This document shows, piece by piece, positions 60,147 to 64,000 of a DNA stretch of 64,000 nucleotides. Below the pieces are notes generated by a model. It searched no databases. It saw nothing but the letters and a program-made list of their open reading frames with translations, and had not been told where the DNA came from. A program made the translations under genes and the position numbers. How positions within the stretch are numbered: the stretch's first letter is position 1; each line of letters begins with the position of its first letter. Source of the stretch: Opitutales bacterium. Lineage in GTDB: Bacteria; Verrucomicrobiota; Verrucomicrobiia; Opitutales; UBA953. The stretch is taken from positions 21,855 through 85,854 of the forward strand of contig JBBAUX010000003.1 in NCBI GenBank assembly GCA_040398005.1. The letters run 5' to 3'.

Positions 60147-60984
60147 ATAACCGGTGAAGGTTTTTCAGACCCTTGACGGGGATGTCGTCTTTTCTGGCAA
60201 CAATCGTTCGCCAAATAGCGGCAGCCCGCGCAATCACTTTAACATCAGGCGTAAAGGATTCGATAACCACATCACCACGATAGCCCACTTTTTTGAGAGC
60301 GGCGACGATGGGCTTCCAATCTAATGAGTCTTCCCCAGGGATACCTCGATCAGTCCCACAGGCATGAAAATGTCCTAAATGCTTACCCACTTTAAGAATA
60401 GCAGCGGCCTGATTTTTCTCCTCAATATTCATATGAAAGGTATCGAGGTGTAATTTTACGTAGTTGGATCCGACGGCCTTAATTAATTTTAATCCTTGGT
60501 CTACGGTATTCAAAAAATCGGTTTCAAAGCGATTGAGTGGTTCAATACATAATTCAATTTTTCGTTGTTCCGCATAACGCGCTAACTTTTTTAAATTTTT
60601 AACCACTAGTTTAAAATGATGCGCTTTAGTTTTTTCATCATGGGCACCCGTCAGCCCAACCACGGAGTAAATCGGTCCAATCACTCTTGGGGAATTTAAA
60701 GCGACCGCTTGATCAATGAGGGCCATCAAATAGACCATCGCCGTTTGTTGAGCTTTAACGCTGCCCCGAAAATCTCGACCCGGACCCATCGCCGCACAAA
60801 CCGCTCCAATCTGGATTCCCGCTTTCTCCGCAGCATTCTTTACGAATGCAGGATTAATATGGTCAGGACTTTCAATCGCGATTTCGACGGTATCAAAACC
60901 CCATTTTTTGAAACGCTTAAAGAGCTTCACTTCCTTATCGGTAAAAGGAGAAGTGTATAAGAATGTATTAATGCCGAATCGCAT
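60130..60984 (-). CDS. Sugar phosphate isomerase/epimerase (xylose isomerase-like TIM barrel)
   Basis: Begins MRFGINTF. Contains LCIEPLNRFE, HLDTFHMNIEE and GHFHACG metal-site pattern. The ATG at 60984 is preferred. Confidence 0.8.
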   Translation of the reverse strand: MRFGINTFLYTSPFTDKEVKLFKRFKKWGFDTVEIAIESPDHINPAFVKNAAEKAGIQIGAVCAAMGPGRDFRGSVKAQQTAMVYLMALIDQAVALNSPRVIGPIYSVVGLTGAHDEKTKAHHFKLVVKNLKKLARYAEQRKIELCIEPLNRFETDFLNTVDQGLKLIKAVGSNYVKLHLDTFHMNIEEKNQAAAILKVGKHLGHFHACGTDRGIPGEDSLDWKPIVAALKKVGYRGDVVIESFTPDVKVIARAAAIWRTIVARKDDIPVKGLKNLHRLFGRTK

Positions 60985-61089
60985 GGGGTAAGAGAAAGCG
61001 ACTCTATTTACGCACACCATGGGGTCAAGTTTGGGAATATTTTAAAGGTTACGCTTCGCTTTTGGGTACGATGTAATTTAGATGATGTT

Positions 61090-62139
61090 ATGGACAACCT
61101 CACCCACGCAGTCCTAGGACTTTCTGCTGGCGTCGTCGTTGCCCGCAAAGGTGGGTCTTTGCCAGCGGCTGCCGTCGCTGCATTTCTGGCTGCGGAAATT
61201 CCCGACATCGATGTGTTCATCCGCAGTGTTGACGATCCCTTAGCTTCTTTTCGCTGGCATCGACACTTCACCCATAGTTTTTCTTTCATGCCCATCTGGG
61301 CCGTGGTCTGTGCTGGATTTACCGCTTGGTTTTTTAAATGGATTAACAAACCAGGAATCAATTGGCGGGAGTTAATTATTCCGGCCTTGGCGGGTTCACT
61401 CACTCACCTACTCTGCGATGGTTGTACGAGTTATGGTACCATGCTGCTGTGGCCATTTAATGAAATACGTTATGCGTGGGACTGCTTACCGATTGTCGAT
61501 ATTTTTGCGACCCTCCCTTTATTAGTTTTAACGATTATCGCCCTCGCCAAATCCTCCAAGAAAATCGCAGCCGTCGGTTTAGTTTGGTTTTGTAGTTATG
61601 CTGGACTCGGCATTTATCAGCATGCCCGCGCGGAAAAATCTCTGCGCGTTTGGCTGAACCAACAAAAAATTTCGCCGGAACGACTCGCGGTTAAACCAAC
61701 CATTTCAAATCTTATTCTGTGGCGCGGCGTTTGGTTGCACGAAGGCCAATGGCAAGTAGCCGCCGTCCGAGTGATGCCCTTTACTGACACCCTCATCGCC
61801 CCGGGAGAAAAGCGAGTGGCTTGGACGCTAAGCAGTGTCGGCAATCCCCCTCCAGGCTCGGAAGGCGAAAAATTGATTACCGACTTCACGCGCTTCACCC
61901 AGGGCTGGAACGCCTACAGTATGGAAGCGTCCGGAATTTTAATTGGTGATATCCGCTTTGCGATGCTCCCCGATAGTACGCGCTCTCTTTGGTCGGTCTA
62001 TTATGGTAAAAAAGATAAGTCCTACCCTGGATCAGATATTGCTGATGTCATTATGGACCGGAAGGTAAACGAAGCCGATTGGGCTCACCTGAAAGATCTT
62101 CTTTTAGGTGAAGATAAAAATTACCAAATAGTTAATTAA
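61090..62139 (+). CDS. Membrane-bound metal-dependent hydrolase (YdjM/DUF457 family)
   Basis: Begins MDNLTHAVLG. Contains HRHFTHS and THLLCD His motifs across TM helices, plus a soluble C-terminal extension. Confidence 0.7.
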   Translation: MDNLTHAVLGLSAGVVVARKGGSLPAAAVAAFLAAEIPDIDVFIRSVDDPLASFRWHRHFTHSFSFMPIWAVVCAGFTAWFFKWINKPGINWRELIIPALAGSLTHLLCDGCTSYGTMLLWPFNEIRYAWDCLPIVDIFATLPLLVLTIIALAKSSKKIAAVGLVWFCSYAGLGIYQHARAEKSLRVWLNQQKISPERLAVKPTISNLILWRGVWLHEGQWQVAAVRVMPFTDTLIAPGEKRVAWTLSSVGNPPPGSEGEKLITDFTRFTQGWNAYSMEASGILIGDIRFAMLPDSTRSLWSVYYGKKDKSYPGSDIADVIMDRKVNEADWAHLKDLLLGEDKNYQIVN

Positions 62140-62708
62140 CGTAATTCGAAACGATACGTAGCGGTGGCCTCGGCGCTGACCGGCTGATGGTCGCGTTCGG
62201 CTGGATTAAACTGCGATGAACTCGCTGCCAACTCGGCCGCTTTATCCAAAACAGCCGAACCCGAGCTTTCTAAAATCTGCGTCGATTCCACTTTGCCCTG
62301 CGCTGAAATAAAAACTTTTACGACTACTTTACCTTGGCGACCTTCACTCAAAGCTTCCGCTGGATACTGAGGGCTCTCCCTAACTAAAAAAATCGGAGCA
62401 GTGTAAACAGATGATTGGGGACGCACCGCCGCCATCACGGCAGCATCCACAGGTAAACTAATTTTATTTTCTACTGAAGCTGAGTGCGCTGAAGATAAAT
62501 TTACGGCAGACTTTGAAATGGCCTGCGAATCCCTTGAAATGGGTTCCGCGTTTATTTCATTAACCAATGAAACGGTCACGAAATTTTCTGGCTGCTTACG
62601 TTGATTACCGAACACACCTTGATCACTCACCACCAAGCCAGCCATCAGCGCAAGATGCGTCGCTCCTACGATAATCCAAATGAAGCGATGGCGCGTCGAC
62701 ATGCTCAA
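62136..62708 (-). CDS. TonB C-terminal-domain protein
   Basis: N-terminal TM. The C-terminal segment PQYPAEALSEGRQGKVVVKVFISAQGKVESTQILESSG is typical of TonB_C. There is no Pro-rich spacer and no adjacent exbBD. Confidence 0.7.
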   Translation of the reverse strand: MSMSTRHRFIWIIVGATHLALMAGLVVSDQGVFGNQRKQPENFVTVSLVNEINAEPISRDSQAISKSAVNLSSAHSASVENKISLPVDAAVMAAVRPQSSVYTAPIFLVRESPQYPAEALSEGRQGKVVVKVFISAQGKVESTQILESSGSAVLDKAAELAASSSQFNPAERDHQPVSAEATATYRFELR

Positions 62709-62756
62709 TGGTTAAAGCGATGAACGGCGTAAGTCAGCCCAGAACCTTGTTCTTTT

Positions 62757-63233
62757 TTAATCGGGAATGACATACCAGAGTAATCTCCAGCGACCGTAAG
62801 GGTGTCCATCCGTCGGCAAACTTAATCTTTCTAGGGCCATCAATCCAGCCTTACGAAAACGCACCCCCTCTTCGCCCGCTCGTAATCCCAATAACAAGCC
62901 CACCAACCCAGTGAGATGGGGATTATGACCAACCAAAAATCGAGGCTTGGTCGTTTTGGCTAACATCAGTGCCGTGCGGCGATAATTATCATCAGGCAAA
63001 ATTCCCGATAATTTCTTAAGGGCGAGACGCGGGCCGGATTTTTTGAGCAACTGCGCGGTCTGGGTCGCGCGCAAATAAGGACTGTGCTCCACCACCAAAG
63101 TTTCTTTCAAAACCTTCTGTAGATACTTTGCAGGCAATCCCTTCATTTGCTTATTTCCCTTGGATGACAGCGGACGATCCGCATCAATCTCTCCTGGCTC
63201 GGCATGGGCATGTCTTAGTAAAAATATTTTCAT
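62757..63233 (-). CDS. sixA: Phosphohistidine phosphatase SixA
   Basis: Begins MKIFLLRHAHAE (RHG-type motif). Contains HSPYLRATQTA and VGHNPHL. The track ORF (to 63776) is over-extended, so I trimmed it to the ATG at 63233. Confidence 0.8.
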   Translation of the reverse strand: MKIFLLRHAHAEPGEIDADRPLSSKGNKQMKGLPAKYLQKVLKETLVVEHSPYLRATQTAQLLKKSGPRLALKKLSGILPDDNYRRTALMLAKTTKPRFLVGHNPHLTGLVGLLLGLRAGEEGVRFRKAGLMALERLSLPTDGHPYGRWRLLWYVIPD

Positions 63234-63291
63234 TAACAATTTATCAAGAATTGGTCTTGCCGAAAACTCCTGAGTCGCAAGCAATAAAACC

Positions 63292-64000
63292 GTGCACCGA
63301 CTCCTTGTCACGAGCCTCCTGTTTTTTTGTTTTAATACAGGATGGGCCGGTGAAGATAAATATTCGGAAGTCGGCGCCACCTTTGATGGCACCATCTGCG
63401 TGGATGCCGATACGGGGATGGTTTTATCCGAATCCACCGCCGATCGCCTAGGCCACCCAGCCAGTGTCACCAAGTTAATGACGCTTCTTTTAATTTTGGA
63501 AGATGCCCGCGACCAGCAATTGAATCTCAACTCACTCGTTAAGATAAGTAAAGAGGCTGCCCAAACGGGCGGCTCGCAAGTTTGGTTAGCCGCCGACGAA
63601 GAGTTCACCGTAAAAGATTTATTATATGCTTTAATGCTCCGTTCGGCCAACGATGCAGCCGTAGCCCTCGCACTCACCCGCGCACCGACCGTCAAAGAAT
63701 TCGTCGAGCGAATGAATACTCGAGCTAAAGAATTGGGCATGGCGAACACTCGCTTCGTTTCTCCACACGGCCTCACCTATGGCGCGGGACCCCATGACAC
63801 CACCACCGCGCGTGACTTAGCCAAACTCTGCGTCCAGTTAACCACCCTGAAAGACGCTTTTACTTTTAGCTCCTGCAAAGAATTTAATTTTCGGCCGGGA
63901 CTGAAATCCACTCAACTGACGAACCACAATCATCTGCTGGATTCCTATCCTGGCTGCGATGGATTTAAAACTGGTTGGACCATCGCAGCCAACGCCTCCA
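63292..64000 (+). CDS. dacA: D-alanyl-D-alanine carboxypeptidase (peptidase S11, PBP5-like), 5' part; runs off the window end
   Basis: Not in the track because it is open at the window edge. Manual translation from GTG at 63292 gives MHRLLVTSLLFFCFNTGWAGED...HPASVTKLMT (SxxK)...LRSANDAA (SxN)...GFKTGWT (KTG). Confidence 0.85.
   Translation, partial: MHRLLVTSLLFFCFNTGWAGEDKYSEVGATFDGTICVDADTGMVLSESTADRLGHPASVTKLMTLLLILEDARDQQLNLNSLVKISKEAAQTGGSQVWLAADEEFTVKDLLYALMLRSANDAAVALALTRAPTVKEFVERMNTRAKELGMANTRFVSPHGLTYGAGPHDTTTARDLAKLCVQLTTLKDAFTFSSCKEFNFRPGLKSTQLTNHNHLLDSYPGCDGFKTGWTIAANAS

Noticed and set aside
62757-63776. A 339-aa minus-strand ORF in the track.
   Set aside because: Only its C-terminal 158 aa (from the ATG at 63233, MKIFLLRHAHAE...) look like a real protein, SixA. 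The N-terminal 180 aa are the stop-free antisense of the plus-strand D-Ala-D-Ala carboxypeptidase gene, which has clear SxxK, SxN and KTG motifs from 63292 onward.

Overview
This is a densely packed chromosomal window, roughly 50% GC by eye. I call about 60 protein-coding genes and two tRNAs (Arg-TCT, Thr-CGT). I found no rRNA, CRISPR array, IS element, integrase or prophage. Most genes are housekeeping: thiS-thiE-thiG, carB, folB-folK, folE2, ribB/ribH-nusB-ftsY-aroB, accBC-prmB, pdhABC, def, ptsH and rpsR. The envelope genes (a PVC-style secretin operon, a GldG/DUF4340 ABC cluster, ThuA and xylose-isomerase-like genes, an NahK-like kinase) and weak Shine-Dalgarno signals suggest a Verrucomicrobiota (PVC superphylum) genome. 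That lineage call is inference only. The regions most worth a second look are: (1) a six-gene translationally coupled operon at 21.7-30.3 kb that joins an ABC-2 exporter, a GldG-like protein, DUF4340 and an AsmA/TamB-like giant protein; (2) an orphan five-gene secretin operon at 41.7-49.1 kb with a PilM-PilN fusion and no pilin or ATPase genes, resembling the Akkermansia Amuc_1098-1102 locus; (3) two tandem paralogs at 38.8-40.6 kb, each an internal duplication of a Skp/OmpH-like module; (4) a membrane-anchored Arg/Ser-rich mini-protein next to an orphan HTH gene, flanking the largest non-coding gap; (5) a GYF-membrane/DUF2752/anchored-nuclease operon beside tRNA-Arg. All family assignments come from reading motifs in the supplied translations. 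No database search was possible.
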